From: Mobula hypostoma
Lineage: Eukaryota
Reading direction: 5' to 3'
Length of the DNA: 64,000 nt
Assembly: GCF_963921235.1 (NCBI RefSeq)
Contig: NC_086097.1
Location: 40,302,001 to 40,366,000 of the forward strand
In this document: positions 47,807-61,617 of the stretch, in pieces
Layout: each line of letters starts with the position of its first letter
Position numbering within the stretch: the stretch's first letter is position 1
Notes under the pieces: model-generated
The model's input: only the letters and a program-made list of their open reading frames with translations
Told to the model about the DNA's origin: nothing
Databases searched by the model: none
Position numbers and translations under genes: made by a program

Positions 47807-48139
47807 CATCATGAGTCCCACGGGCTCGTGCATCTATATGTGTTCAGCATTGTCTTATCCACAGTCATTAAGCCCTTGTGCTTTCTGTTTAATCTTGTCA
47901 AGTTTATTTTAACTGGCATGGGTTTATTGCGTACTGTGATTATTTAAAGCAGGCTCCTGATTAGCGCTTAGTGCTGGGTCCTTGCATGTTTAGAGTGTGA
48001 GTCGCCTCGTCATGTCGCTCAGTCAAGCCTCCAAGGTTCAGCTGGAATTCTTTTGAATTAACTCTTGTTTCCGTCTCTTCATGGGAATCTGTCGTTCCTC
48101 CACACCTGGGATCAGTCATTGCCAGTGCACACCGTGACA
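47807..48139. mobile_element. Possible old solo LTR
   Basis: Ends cgtgaca, starts catcatg (degenerate), flanks gcaac/gtaac, internal tatttaaa. Confidence 0.35.
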
Positions 48140-48631
48140 GTAACCGGTTCCCCTACATCCACTTTGTTCTCTCATACTCCAAAATACTGTTAAATTTGTG
48201 GAATGCGATTTCACTTTCAGTAAATTAGAGTAATCACTGACTAATGAAGTTGATAGATTCAAGCACTTATGCTACTGTTCTGCTACAACAACGTAGTCCA
48301 TTTTCAATCCTGCCTGAATTGCAGGATCATTGTGTTACTGGGCTATATAACATAGACCAGCAGTTGATCAGAAGTTTTTTCTAAACTACAATGGGTACGT
48401 CATTAGGAATTGTTATATAAGGAACATCTGTTCTTTAAAACACAAATGAAATAAATAATATAGCATGTGAAATATAATAGCATAGAGGTTGAGAAGTCCA
48501 AATAGCACTGCACTTTCTCTGTAGCTGTCACACTTTATGCTGCAGTGATATTGTTTTACCTTGTTCTACCTCGATGCACTGTGTAATGATCTGATCTATA
48601 CGAACAGTGTGCAAGACAACCTTTCCACTGT

Positions 48632-48790
48632 AACACACACAAAATGCTGGAGGAACTTACCAGGTCAGGCAGCATTGCTGGAAAAGAGATCCGTAGATCT
48701 TTTCCAGACAGAAGATACTGCCTGACCTGCTGAGTTCCATTTTGTGTGTTGCTTTAGATTTTCAGGATCTGCAGACTTCATCATGTTTGA
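48632..48790. mobile_element. Penelope tail hairpin (inverted copies) within a Rex1-type 3' end
   Basis: acacaaaatg..ggaact..caggtcaggcag...ctggaaaaga / tcttttccag...ctgcctgacctg..agttcc.attttgtgtgt. Confidence 0.75.
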
Positions 48791-48893
48791 AACTTTTTAT
48801 TTTATCTCAATACATGAGACAATAATAAACTACTTCCAATTTCAGATTCAATAGCTATCACCCAGATTGAAGGGGGAAATATCAATGAAATGG

Positions 48894-48968
48894 TGTGTGT
48901 GTGTGTGTGTGTGTGTGTATGTTTTTTATTTATTTATTTATTTATCTATCTATCTATCTATTTATTTA
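48894..48968. repeat. Compound microsatellite (GT)n-(TTTA)n-(TCTA)n
   Basis: Read directly from the sequence. Confidence 0.9.
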
Positions 48969-49307
48969 GTAAAAGTAGAAACCATTCCAAGTTCTTCCAT
49001 TGGTTAATTTGATTTCTGCCTATAAGTATAAATAACTTATGAGTAACTGGTTAGGTAGCTAATTATGGGAAAGTGTGTTTCTTCAAATATTTTAGCACCT
49101 GATTCATGGTTCTTGTTTAATTTTAAGATGTGTGCAAATTTAAGTGAGGATATCACAAGTAAAACCTGTACCTGACGAAAGATTTCATTCGTTGTCATTC
49201 TTGGTGAAATGCATTGTTTGCATTTCTGGGCAGCTGTTCTCTGTGGGTGTAAGATGAATCTAATTAATATCACTACTCCTGTGTTTACACTATAGGCCCA
49301 TTATACT

Positions 49308-49778
49308 AAACACAAGAAAGTCTGCAGATGTTAGAAATCCAATGCAACACACACAAAATGCTGGAGCAATTCAGCAGTTCAGGCAGCATCTTTGGAAAAG
49401 GGTTAACAGTTGACGTTTCAGGCCAAGACCCTTAGAAACATAGAAAACCTACAGCACAATACGGGCACTTCTGCCCACAAAGCTGCACCAAACATGTCCC
49501 AACCTTAGAACTACTTAGGCTTTACCCATAGCCCTCTATTTTTCTAAGCTCCATGTAGCCATCCAGGAATCTCTTAAAAGTCCCTATCGTTTCCGCCTCC
49601 ACTGCCGGTGGCCGCAACCCATTCCACACACTCACCACTCTCTGCGTAAAAAACTTACCCCTAACATCTCCTCTATGCCTACTTCCAAACACCTTAAATC
49701 TATGCCCTCTTGTGCTGGCCATTTCAGCCCTGGGGAAAAGCCTCTGGCCATCCACGCAATCAATGCCTTCTTCAGAAC
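49308..49778 (-). mobile_element. Penelope mini-copy split within its hammerhead by a CR1 3' fragment (49434-49765, minus)
   Basis: gacc-cctt|CR1|cctt-cttcagaac rejoins; ORF 49522..49755 GKFFTQRVVSVWN. Confidence 0.8.
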
Positions 49779-51794
49779 CCGCTTCAGTCCATTATACTGT
49801 CTCTTCATCTGTTATGCTGTAGATTCAAACTTTAAAATAGAACAATGAAATAAACTTTGCAAGTGTTCAACATTAACTGCAAAGTATTGTCCTGATTAAC
49901 TTACTAGTTTTATAGGAATTATAAACATTTGAAAGAATTATTACATTGAATATGAAATTAGAAACAAGCAAAGCAATAAAGATTATTTGCAAAACTTTGC
50001 TGCTGGTTTAAAAATGGCCAGTCAGGACATGGGGATGGAATGGGACAATGGTGTTGAGGCCAAAGGCAGCCATGTTCTCAGCTCAAAGGGGTGATTGGTC
50101 AACACCTTGTTTTTATTTTCTAAATTCTATTTGCATTGTCCTTTTAAAGTTCATGAATGAATCAACAGTAAATCAATAATTAAACAGAATTTGTTTTGCT
50201 TTCTGTAGTAGTCTAGTAATTAGTCTGCTACACAAATAAGGCTGAAGGGAAGAGAAAAAAACTCATTATCAAAATTGATAAGCAGCAACAGTCTCTTGCT
50301 AAATTGAAAATAGCTGCCGTCATCCAACCATTTGTTAATACGATAGAGACATCCATCACAAGCAATGCAAGGTAGAACAAAATCTATTAATTTATTGACA
50401 ATGTCATTCGACTTTATGAAACCATGATACCATTAAAAAGTGACATCTGGTAAACTCACAGCTCATGTATTATATGCGCAGCAAGACTGGTTTCTGGTAC
50501 AAATATTCAGATAATGTGTGCATGGCACTTCGCCACTGAATGTAACCTCTACAGCTCAGTTACCTTGAATGAAAAATGAGTGACTCAAAGCGGAATGCTT
50601 CACTGAACAGACTAAGTGCCATCAAAGTTTTTTTAATGGAGAAGTAGTGTACGGAATCATGAACGACAAACCTGAAAGTTCATGGACTGTGACAATTCAA
50701 TCAAACTGCTTTGCACTATTACATTGCTTCAGTAACATCTATTTTTGCAATGAATTTATAAACATAGTTTAATAATAATTTGAAGTTTAGTAAGTGATTT
50801 AGACAGGTACTTTTGACAGCGCTTAGATAAAATTCCATTTCTAAGCTTGATATGATTCTTAGTGGACTTTGTGATCTTGTTGCTGGATCTCAGCCCAAAA
50901 CTTACAGAAAGTTTGGCCCTATCACATGAACACCCTCATAGGTTGTAGCTTCTCATATCATCACTTAGCGCCTTGCCTGGAGTCACAATGCTGTTCACAG
51001 TCACCAGAAAGGGCATGAGAAATGGAGGAGAGGAGATGCAAAAGGCAAATAATTTCACAGCGTCAACAAACATGGAAAACTTCAAGAGAGAAAAAAAGCA
51101 CCTAAGTAAAATGATGATATGAAGTAAAAGGGATATTATTAAAAGGTAACAGCAGGTGGAGACAATGGAGCAAGATGATAGACCAATGCTGCAGAAAACT
51201 TGGTGTGTGTTTCCACAAAACAAATCATCCTTTTATCACAATATCCATTTCTAAACCATACTGTTTGAAAACAAAGTACTTGGACTGTCACTCTTCAGGG
51301 AAAGATTTAACTTTTTAGAAATTCAAAGCATTGTTTCGTTTTGGCTACAGCAGGTGGTTGAAAGTAGGTAGCTCAGTTTGTTTGCATTGCAACTCAGACA
51401 ACATTACCCTGTCTGGTAATGTTTTAAGTAACACTGAGCATCTTGCATTTAGATTTCACCTCATGCACAAATTAAAGCCCATCTGTTATTAAACTGGAGC
51501 AGCATGAATCACAAACTCTGAATCTGAGCTCAACTGTCACGTATGAAGTATGAATGCACACTGAAAACTTTACATTAGTACTTTAAGATCAATACATATG
51601 ACAGTAGGTATTTAAATAACACTGCAATAAAAACTTTTCACTATCCTATGCTTACAGAGAATTTCAGTTTATTTCATTTGTTAATGTTACTTATTAATGT
51701 AATGTTTCAGGTCAGTGATTTTTTTGGATAATATTTTATTTATTAACTATGAATCTATACCAAATAACATACACTATTCCCAATCAACAACAAA

Positions 51795-52895
51795 GAAGGA
51801 TTTGTGTGGGGCAAATCCTGTTTTACCAACTTGATTGATATTTTTTCAAGGAGATGTCAAAGGTGATTCATGCAGGTATAGCTGTGGTTTTACTAAGATG
51901 TTTGACAAGGAGGCTCATCTAGAAGATTAAGATGCATGGGATCCACAGTGATTTGACTGCTTGGTTTTGGAACCAGTTTGCACATTGAAGATAGAGGGTA
52001 GTGGTTTTGCTGGAACTAAAAAAATTAGACGGCTGGATTGGTAAATTTGCAGATGATACAAAGACTGGTAGTGCTGAAAATTGCTATAGGATACAGCAGG
52101 TTATAGATCAGTTTCACATGAGTGGAAAAAAATTGTAGGTGGAGTTTCATCTGGCCAAAAGTGAGGTGTTGCATTTTGGGAGATCAATTGTAAAGAAATA
52201 ATACGCTGTTAATGGCAAGACCCTTAATAGTATTGATCTAGAGAGGAATAATGGGCTCCAAGTTCTTGGCTCCCTGAAAGAAGCTGCATAGGCCGATAGG
52301 ATGGTAAAGGTGGTGTATGGAATGCTTGCCTTTATTTGTCGAGACATTGAGTTCAAGGGTCAGGAAATTATGTTGTAGCTTTATAAAACTGTAGTTAGAC
52401 CTCATCTGGAGTGTTGCATTCAGTTCTGGTTGTCCCATTATGGGAAGGACGTTAAGACTTCGAGAAGGGTGCAGAAGAGGTTTTACAGGATGCTGCTTGG
52501 ATTAGAGCTCATGTGCTATAAGGGGAGGTGGGAGAAACTTGTATTGTTTTATCTGTAGCAGCAGAGGCTGAGGGGAAATCTGATAGAGGGTGATAACATT
52601 CTGAGATGCATAGATGGAAAAAAGAGCCTGTACCAGAGGGCGTGCATTTAAGGTGAGAGGGGCTAAGTTCAAAGAAGATGAGCTGGATGGGTGCTCGGAA
52701 TGCAATGCGAGGGGTGGTGGTGAAATCAAATACAAATGTTCGAAAAGCTCTTAGAGAGGCAGATATTAATGTGTAGATAATGATGGAATGTGGCATTTGT
52801 GTAGTTAGAAGGGATTAGTTTAATTAGGTGATTGTTTAATTAATTCGACACAAGATTGGGATCAGAAAGGCCAGTTCCTGCACTGTATTCTTTGG
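51795..52895 (+). mobile_element. Old CR1 (RT to 3' end)
   Basis: ggcaaatcctgttttaccaac, aaatttgcagatgatacaaag (KFADDTK), gttagacctcatctggag (RPHLE). Confidence 0.8.
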
Positions 52896-54759
52896 ATGTT
52901 TGCAGCCTGCTACCTATTATTTATTTATTTCTAATTTTAGTTTTTATTCATGATTATAGAAATGCACAACTGTCTCTGAAAAGCAATAAAATATTTATCC
53001 CCACCACATTTTTTATGACTGTGCTGTCCTTGAATTTTCATTACAAACTTATTTCTTAATGCTGAGGTCAAGAACAGTTCCAAAAAAAACTCAAGAAAAA
53101 TCACGTGTGAAAAGGTGAAGAGATTTGGTCTTAGGTGGTAGACAATGATTTATTTTGAGATGGTTAATAAACTGGATTATTAAATGAGAAGTGGAACATG
53201 TAATTTTACCCCATTCCAGTGCAGTGCACCATGGTGTTTATTGGGATCAAGGTATCCAAATACACCCTGGACAATCTGAGGAAACATGGTTGATCCCAGC
53301 CACCACTGGAGAGCAATACTTCGTAACAAACTAATGTTTCAAACTCATTGGTAATTATGGTAGTTTTCAGATACTGTTGACTGACCTTTCATGGTAAGTG
53401 CTTCTCCTAATCAGAGAAATGATCTATGCTTCTCACTCTTTGAAGGCTTGGCCTTTGAATTTACCTTTATGAAATAAGTTCTGATATTGCATTAGAAATC
53501 CAGAAAGAGTTTCAGCACACTACAGAAACATAGAAGAAAATACAGCTCAGAAAGGAAGTGGGGAGAAGAGGGGCGCAGTGATAAGGAATTCCACAGGTAG
53601 AGAGAAGCAGATAGGAGTTTTTGTGGACGCAAAAGAGACACCAGATGGTATGTTGCCTCCCAAGTGCCAGGGCCAGGGATCGGGTCCACAGCATTCTAAA
53701 GGAGAGAGGAGCAGCTAGAAGTGTGGTGCACAGTTTGCCAATGACATAGGTAGGAAAAGGGAGTAGGTTGTGAAAGGAGAATATAGGGAGTTAGATAGAA
53801 AGCTGAAAAGCAGGATCACTAGGGTGGTAATCATTGGTTTGCTGCCTGTGAGGGTGAGCATAGGATGATTTGGCAGATGGATGTCTAGCTGAGGTGCAGG
53901 GTATAGGATTATTGGGAACTCTTCTGGGGAAGGTATAACCTGTACAAAAAGAATGTGTCATATCTGAATCCGAGGGGGACCAGCATCCTTGTGGGCAGGT
54001 TGTTAGGGACGGTTTAAACTAATTTAGCAAGGGGATGGGAACTGGAGTGTTAGGGTTGAGGACAGGGCAAGAAAAGCTAGCCAATATTATAACAGAAGAT
54101 ACCAAATTTTTTCAGACTAAGAGTAACAGAGAGGCAAGAATGGATATCGAATTGCTGGAAAATGACAATGAAGAGATTGAAACATAGAAACATAGAAAAC
54201 CTACAGCACAATACAGCCCACAATGCTGTGCTGAACATGTACTTACTTTAGAAATTACCCAGGGTTACCCATAGCCCTCTATTTTTCTAAGCTCCATGTA
54301 CCACAGGGGACAAGGAAATGGCGGATGAACTTAGTAAGCATTTTGCATCAGCCTTCACTGTGGAAGACACAAGCAGTATGCCAGAAATTTGATTGTGGGG
54401 AGCAGAAGTAAGTGTAGTTACAATTACATTAAAGAAGGTGCTTGGGAAGCTGAAAGGTCTGACAGTAAAGAAGTCACCAGGTCCAGATGGACTACACCAC
54501 AGGTTCAGAAAAAGATAGCTGAAGAGATTGTGGAGCTATTAGTAAAGATCTTTTTAAGAATAAGTTGATTCTGGAATGGTTCCAGAGAACTGGAAAATCA
54601 CACATGTTACTTCATTCTTTAAGAAGAGAGGGAGGCAGAAGAAAGGAAATTATGGGCCAGTTAGCCTGGCTTCGGTGGTTGGGAAGATGCTGGAGTCCAT
54701 TATTAAGGATGAAGTTTCAGGGTACTTGGTGGCACATGGTAAAAGAGGCCAAAGTCATA

Positions 54760-56325
54760 AACACAAAAGATGCCGCATATGCTGGAAATTCAGAGAAACA
54801 CGCAAAAAATCGTGCAGGAACTCAGTAGGTTAGGCAGCCTCTTTGGAAATGAATAAAAGGTCAATGTTTTGGGCTGAGATCCTTCTTCAGGACTGGAAAG
54901 GAAGGTGGAAGAAGGCAGAATAAGAATGTGGTGTGGGGGGGGAGAGGGGAAGGAGAAGAGCTAGAAGATGATAGGTGAAGCCAGGTGGGTGAGAAATGTA
55001 AAGGGCTGGAAAAGCAGGGATCTGATAAGAGAGAAGGGTGGACCTTGGGACAAAGGGAAGTAGGGTGGGCTTCAGACATAGGTGACAGTCTGGTAAGGAG
55101 ATGAGGCAAGAAGCCAGAGTGTGGAATAGAAGAAGAGGAAAGGGGGAGGGGAATTGTTACCAGAAGGAGAAGTCTATGTTCATACCATCAGGCTGGAGGC
55201 TGCCCAGATGGAATATGAGGTGTTTTTCTTCCACCTTGAGAGTGGACTCATCGTGGCAAAAGAGGAGTCCATAGACTGGCATGTCAGAATGGGAATTCAT
55301 ACGGTTGGCCAATGGATAGTTCAAATCTTGGCAGATAAAGCGAAGGTGCTCAACAAAGCACTCACAAATTAACATCAGGTTTCACTCATGTAGAAGAGGC
55401 CACATCAGGAGCACCAGATATAGTAAATAACCCCAACAGATTCGCAGGTGAAGAGTCCATCTCTAGCACAGTGTTCAAGGCTTCCTTCATCATGTCAGTA
55501 GCTGACTCTTGGTTTTCACTACTGTCAGTCACTAGGTGGAGACTCAGGAGTACTGTTGTTCTCAGATCTAGGAGGATACTTCATTGCTGTTTCTGTAACA
55601 ATTTTGTTTTACCGGTCAGGGTTGCTAGCCCTGAGCTGAACTCCTGAAACTGCAGGTCCGGTGGACCACTCTTAATCTGTCCTCTACCTTTTGACCTTTT
55701 TGCATCAGTGACTCTACAAAGAGCCAAAGCATAAAGCCCTGATTCCAGCCAACGTAGCTCTCGAGGTCATTGAGGCATGCAAACCTGCAAACCACGACAA
55801 GGTTGTGGTCCTCTTGGAGGTGAATGGAGGTAAGGAAGAAGTAAATGGACAGATATAGAATTTCTGTCACTTGCAAGGGTATGTGCCAGGAGGGAGATGA
55901 GTAGGGAGGGACAAATGGACAAGGGAATCATGGAGGGAGTAATCCCTGAGGAAAACGGAGAGTGAGGGAGGTAAAGATGTGTTTGGTAGTAAGATAGCAT
56001 TGAAAATGGCGGAGACTGTGGAGAAGGATGTGTGAAGACAGAGGCTCATGGGATGGTAGGTGAGCACGAAAGGAATTCTATCCCTTTTAAGGAGGCAGGA
56101 AGATGGGGTAAGTGTAGATGTTTAGAAAATGGAAGAGATGAAGTAGAAAGCAGCATCAATGGTGAAGGAAGGAAAAACCTGTTCTTTGAAGAAAGAGGAT
56201 ATCTCTGATGTCCTGGAAAGGAAGGTGTCATCCTGGGACCAGATGCAGTTAAGGTGATGGAAAAGGGAATATCATCTTTACAGGAGAGAAGGTGGTAAAA
56301 GGTATCGTCAAGATATACAGGAGAC
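54760..56325 (-). mobile_element. Longest Penelope-like remnant (post-RT region, GIY-YIG, terminal repeat)
   Basis: EHLRFICQDLNYPLA...LGSLQPDGMNIDFS; VFLRDYSLHDSLVH..PGTYPCK; hammerhead-like ctgaagaaggatctcagcccaaaacattgac. Confidence 0.8.
55456..55820 (-). mobile_element. RTE-clade (Rex3/Expander-like) 5' UTR-derived insertion within Penelope
   Basis: Minus strand begins accacaaccttgtcgtggtttg..ggtttgcatgcctcaatgacctcgagagcta, resembling RTE 5' UTRs (recognised from memory). Confidence 0.55.
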
Positions 56326-57892
56326 AGGGTGGGCGAGCATGGGTTCATTAAAGAGAAACCTTGCCTGACAAATCTGTTGGAATTCTTTGAGGAAATAACA
56401 AGAAGGGTAGACAAAGGGGAGTCAGTGGATGCTGTTTACTTGGATTTTCAGAAGGCCTTTGACAAGGTGCTGCACATGAGGTTGCTTAACAAGACAAGAG
56501 CCCTTGGTATTACAGGAAAGATACTGGCATAGATAGAAAATTGGCTGGCTGGCAGCAGGCAAAGAGTGGAAGTAAAGGGTTGGCTGGCGGAGACTAGTGG
56601 TGTTCTGCAGGGGACTTCTTTTCACGTTAATTATCAATGATTTGGATGATAGAATTGATGCTTGTGGCCACGTTTGCAGAAGATATGAAGACAGTTGGAG
56701 AGGCTGGTAGTGGTGAGGAAGCAGGGAGTCTGCAGAAGGACTTAGACAGGTTAGGAGAATGGGCAAGAAGTGGTGAATGGAATGTAGTATAGACAAGTAT
56801 ATGATCATGCACTTCAGTAGAGAGAATAAAGGCATAGAATATTTTATAAATAGGGAAAAACTCATAAATCAGAGATGCAGAGGGACTAGGGAGTCCGAGA
56901 GCAGAATTCCCTGAAGGTTAACTTGTAAATTGAGTCAATGTTTAGAAAGGCAAATGCAACATTAGCTTTCATTTAGAGAGGACTGGAATATAAAAGCAAG
57001 GATGTAATGCTATGGCTTTATAAGGTATTTGTCAGACTACACTTGGAGTACTGTGAGCAATTTTTGTCCCCTTATCTTAGAAAAGATGTACTGGCATTAG
57101 GATCCAAAGGAGGTTCCCAAGAACAATTCTGGGAGTGAAAGGATTAACGTATGAGAAATGTTTGATGGCTCTGAGATTGTAGTTACTGGAGTTTAGAAAA
57201 ATGTAGGTGGTGGGGGTGGGATATCATGGAAAGTTATGAACATTGTAAGGCCTGATTTGAACCCTGATTTAACCCTAGCATATTCACAGGACAGCTTACC
57301 ATGACCAACTAACCAACTGACCTGCAGGAGGGAACTTGGAACACCTGGGAAAAACACACACATTCCATTGGGAGGACATACAGACACCTTACAGGTGACT
57401 TTGGAATAAAACTCTGAACTCTGACACCCACAGCATCTTCCTAACTGCTATGCTACTATAGTTAGAACAGAGATGAGGACAAATTTCTTTAGGCAGACGG
57501 TGGTGTATATATGGAATTGATTGCCACAGACAGCTGTCGAGGCCAAATCACGGGTATATTTAAAGCGGAAGTTGATAGGTTCTTGATTTGTCAGGGCATC
57601 AAAGGTTACAGTGAGAGGACAGGAGAATGGGGTTGAGATGGGTAATAAATCAGTCATGCTGGAATGCTGGAGAACTCGAGGGGCTGAATAGCCTAATTCT
57701 GCTCCAATGACTTATGGTCTTTTGATCATACTAGCTTGTGATATTTGAATGCAACCACTTAAACTTTTCTCCCATCCTGATGCGGAGGGGTGCATATCTG
57801 ATGGATATTTGGAAACATACAAAAGTTTTTTTTTAGAAGTTCCCATTTAGGAACTTCTAAAGTAAAACTTTTGTATGCTTTTGTATTTCTCC

Positions 57893-58258
57893 AGCAGCAG
57901 AAAAGAGACTAGAAGCAGCTGAATTATGGTTCTACAGGAGAATGTCAAAAATATCACGGACCACACACACATCAAATGAAGTTCTCAGAAGAGCCCAAGC
58001 AGTTCGATCACTCATACCAACAATAAGAGAAAGAATAGGACACATCACGTGGAAAGATGAACTAGAAAAACTCATGCTCTCTGGAAAGATTGAGGGGAGC
58101 AAACCTAGAGGAAGACCTCAGCTTATGCACATCAAAAGCATAGCCAGATGGCTACACATTGAGGAAATGGAAGTCATCCAAAAAACGAAGGATAGATCTA
58201 TGTGGAAAACCATGGTCACCAAATTCCGCATCAGATATGGTACCTAGACAGACAGACA
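57893..58258 (+). mobile_element. RTE-clade LINE 3' end
   Basis: KRLEAAELWFYRRM...IGHI..LEKLMLSGKIEGSKPRGRP; (agac)n tail. Confidence 0.8.
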
Positions 58259-60205
58259 TTTAAGAACTTAAAACATTAAGAAACAATTAACTTAACTTGA
58301 TAACTTTTCCCCGTCAACTTTACATCTCCAGTATCCTTCCTTAAATTGGAATAAAGATGTGTAAGGAGCCATTTTCCTACCCTACATCATGTCTGTCTGG
58401 TTTGTGATCACAGAAGTACAAACGGTAGATTTGCCCAGTTGATTCCAGAACATATGAGCTCTGCCGTTGAACTCCACATGGAATTCAGCAACAGACTGGA
58501 GTGAGATATCATGTAACTTGCCTCATGCATTTTGTCTAAGCCTAGAACTTACCTACCTAGGAGCAGCTGCATGCCAGAGGTTTCCAATGGAACTGTCAGA
58601 CAAAGCCAGCTGGATCTGGCCATTCCCTTCAAGGCACATGATGGCTTTAGTGTGAGCCTGGATGATGAGATTGCAATACAACGTTGAAGAAGTTGGGGAT
58701 TTAACCAGTAATGTCATGGATTCAGGGTGTGTAAGGATGCTATCTTGTCATAACAATGCTTGTAATATTTCTAGGTTCAGTGAGGATCCGTAAGCGGCTG
58801 ATCTTTTGAACCTATTAAAGAATGAATCATGCTGGTGCATCAACAGTGGCTGCAGCAACATTTCACCAAAGTTCTGGATTCAGTGTAGGAGATCCATTAA
58901 TGAACTCAGCGGCTCAGAAGAGTGAGCATGGGTACAGATTAACATATTCTGCTATGTGCATCAATCCATCTCCTCATTTTACCTTAAAAGCCTTACTCCA
59001 TCATCTCATTTATTTGTCTCTATTAATGGGGTTAGTCCCAATGCTTCCGTTACTAGGAGACATGCATTCTAATTGCACCAGAGTAACTGTAGAATTTGAG
59101 TTCAACTAGTAAATTAGAACTAAAAATACTGTCAGAAATATGACCATGTTATCAAAAAAAATCTCATTTGTTTCACTAGTATACTTTGGTGAGGAATTTA
59201 GCAGTTAAGATCACTGTCATAATTACCATCCTCATACTAACCCTGCACCTGGACCTGAAATCATTTCCCCAAGCCTGAGTCAGTGCCGGATAAAAGCAGC
59301 TGAGGGAAATCTTAGAGAGGACGTCACAGGTTCAAAAATCCAAGAATCTCAGGCGATAATATCTCAGCAGTCAGAGTAGGGGCACGTGCAGCCTGAGGGA
59401 AGTTCAGGAGGCTGAACAATAGCTTGTCGGATGAGATAGATTGCCCCCAGCGGCGGAAAGAGCTGCACATTTCCTGGAATTGCCCCACACCTAAAAGCTT
59501 GAAGTAGGACGTGTTGGGAAATGTATTTTCCCTTTTCATTCTCTGGTTGAATCATATAAAGCTTTTACATTGCATAAGTGCAGAACAGTCATTGGTGACT
59601 CGAACATGATTTAGTCAACGCAAAGTTCAATCTTGCTGTCTTCTGCAACCTTGCCCCTTGTTTATTCTTAAGCAAAATGGTTATTTTGGCAGGAAAACTA
59701 CTTTGCCATAATTACCTCATACTTCCATGTTCCATAGCTAGTTAAACACAGCTGTAATTCATTAGTGCGTAATGACAAAAATACCAATTAGACTGATCAT
59801 TAAGGATTAGACTTGACAAAAAGAAACCAAAGAGCAATTTTCCAGATCACATATCTATGTTATTGTCTTCCATTACAAGTCACACTGGAAATAAGGTTAA
59901 ATACAGTTCACACAGAAAAATCTTTTAGCCAAGTTGATGCATACAGCAACGTGTTTAGCAAGAGAAGTGTTTGATGTGGAGGCATCTGCTTCACAGTGGT
60001 CGGCCATGAGGCAGTAGTTGAAAGATATTTATGACACTTTCAATTAATTCCTTAACAAGATTGCAGAATATACTTAATTTTCATTCCCATACAAGTGAGC
60101 TATTTAGCATCAGTGACATATGAACTGAGATCACCTTCGATGACTATTGGCTTTTCACCAGTTGTCAAAGACCACAATGATTAGAAAAAGATTCAGGGGT
60201 TGACT

Positions 60206-60286
60206 CAGCCAACACACATCAAAGTTTCTGGTGAACGCAGCAGGCCAGACAGCATCTCTAGGAAGAGGTACAGTCGACATTTTGGG
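60206..60286 (-). mobile_element. 81-bp Penelope mini-insertion
   Basis: Perfect 12-bp TSD caggggttgact at 60194-60205 and 60287-60298; same subfamily tail as 41263-41359. Confidence 0.9.
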
Positions 60287-60489
60287 CAGGGGTTGACTAA
60301 TGGGAGGTCTTTAAAGTAGAAAAGTTTTAACTACCGTATCAGTTCGTTTCCAACGAAGGTGGGCAGGAAAATTAAAGCAGAATTCCCTGGATGACAGAAA
60401 AGATAGAGGGAAAAGTATAGAGTAAGAGGAATATACAACAGCTGGCAGATTGTAAACGTGACTGGGAACCAGGCTGATTACATAAAGTT

Positions 60490-61617
60490 CAGATGATTTC
60501 GATTCCCAATACTGACTATCTTGTTGGCAAATGTACAGTCTCTGATAAATAAAATTGAAGGTCTCAGAGCTAGAGTTTGTTTCACGGAATCTTGGTTAAC
60601 CCCTTCCATTCCAGACACAGCGATACCGATTGATGGGCTCACAATACAGCACCATGATAGGACAGCTGGGATTTTCAAAGGCAGAAGAGGTGGAGTATGC
60701 TTCATGACCAACTCCTTGTGGTGTACAGATGTTGTGGTGCTGTCCCAGTCATGTTCACGGAACCTGGATCACCTCACGATCAAGTGTCATCCATTTTATC
60801 AGGAGATTTCAGTGATCACCTTGGTACATCCCACCTCAGGCCAGTGTCTAACAGGTTCGAGATGAAATGAGCAACGTAATCAACAGGCATGAAACAGCAC
60901 ACCCTGATAGCTTCCCCATCATTAGGAGGCATTTTAACCAGACCTGCTTGAAAAGATCTCTAAATAATTATACCAATAAATCGCTTGTATTCCCAGTGGA
61001 ATCAACACACTGGGCCACTGTTACGCCATCACCATGAACGCTTACTGTGCTATCCCACACCCACACTTTGGAAAGTCTGATCAGCTGACTGCACTTCTAC
61101 TCCCTGAGTATAGTCAGAGACTGAAGGCTGCTGTACCAATAGTGAGGACCAAGAAGGTATGGACAAGGGAAGCACAGGAGAGCCTACAGGACTGTTTTGA
61201 ATCGGTGGACTGGGCTGTATTCAGGGATTCATCTTCGAATCTGAATGAGTACACCACAGCTGTCTCTTATTTGATTAAAACCTGTGTGGATGAGTGTGCG
61301 CCTATGAGAACTTACTGCACATACCCAAATCAAAAGTGGTGGATGAACCAGGAGGTTTGTAGTCTACTGACGGCTAGATCTGAGGCATTCAAGTCTGGTG
61401 ACCCAATCTTGTACAAGAAAACTAGGTATGATCTGTGAAGGGCTATTTCCAGAGCTGAGGAATAATTCTGAATGAGGTTGGAGGTGCAATTGGATGCATG
61501 GCAAATCTGGCAGGTTTGCAGGTCATTACTTCCTGCAAAGTGAAACCTAACACCATGAATGGTAGGGATGCTTTCCTACCAGATGATTTCAATACGTTTT
61601 ATGCACGCTTTGAATGG
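60490..61617 (+). mobile_element. Rex1/Babar LINE endonuclease region (3' UTR resumes at ~62863-62978)
   Basis: LLANVQSL.NK, CFTESWL, RRGGVCF, HFGKSD, LQDCFESVDW, YPNQKWWMN; tail gattctgattctga at ~62965-62978. Confidence 0.85.

Larger units (their letters stand above)
53535..57725 (+). mobile_element. Old CR1 with ORF1 esterase remnant, multiply interrupted
   Basis: FCGRKRDTR/MVCCLP-like ORF1 at ~53620-53670. RT pieces at 54305-54755 and 56330-57195. Nested CR1 tail at 54179-54302 and HE1-like piece at ~57240-57458. Confidence 0.8.
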
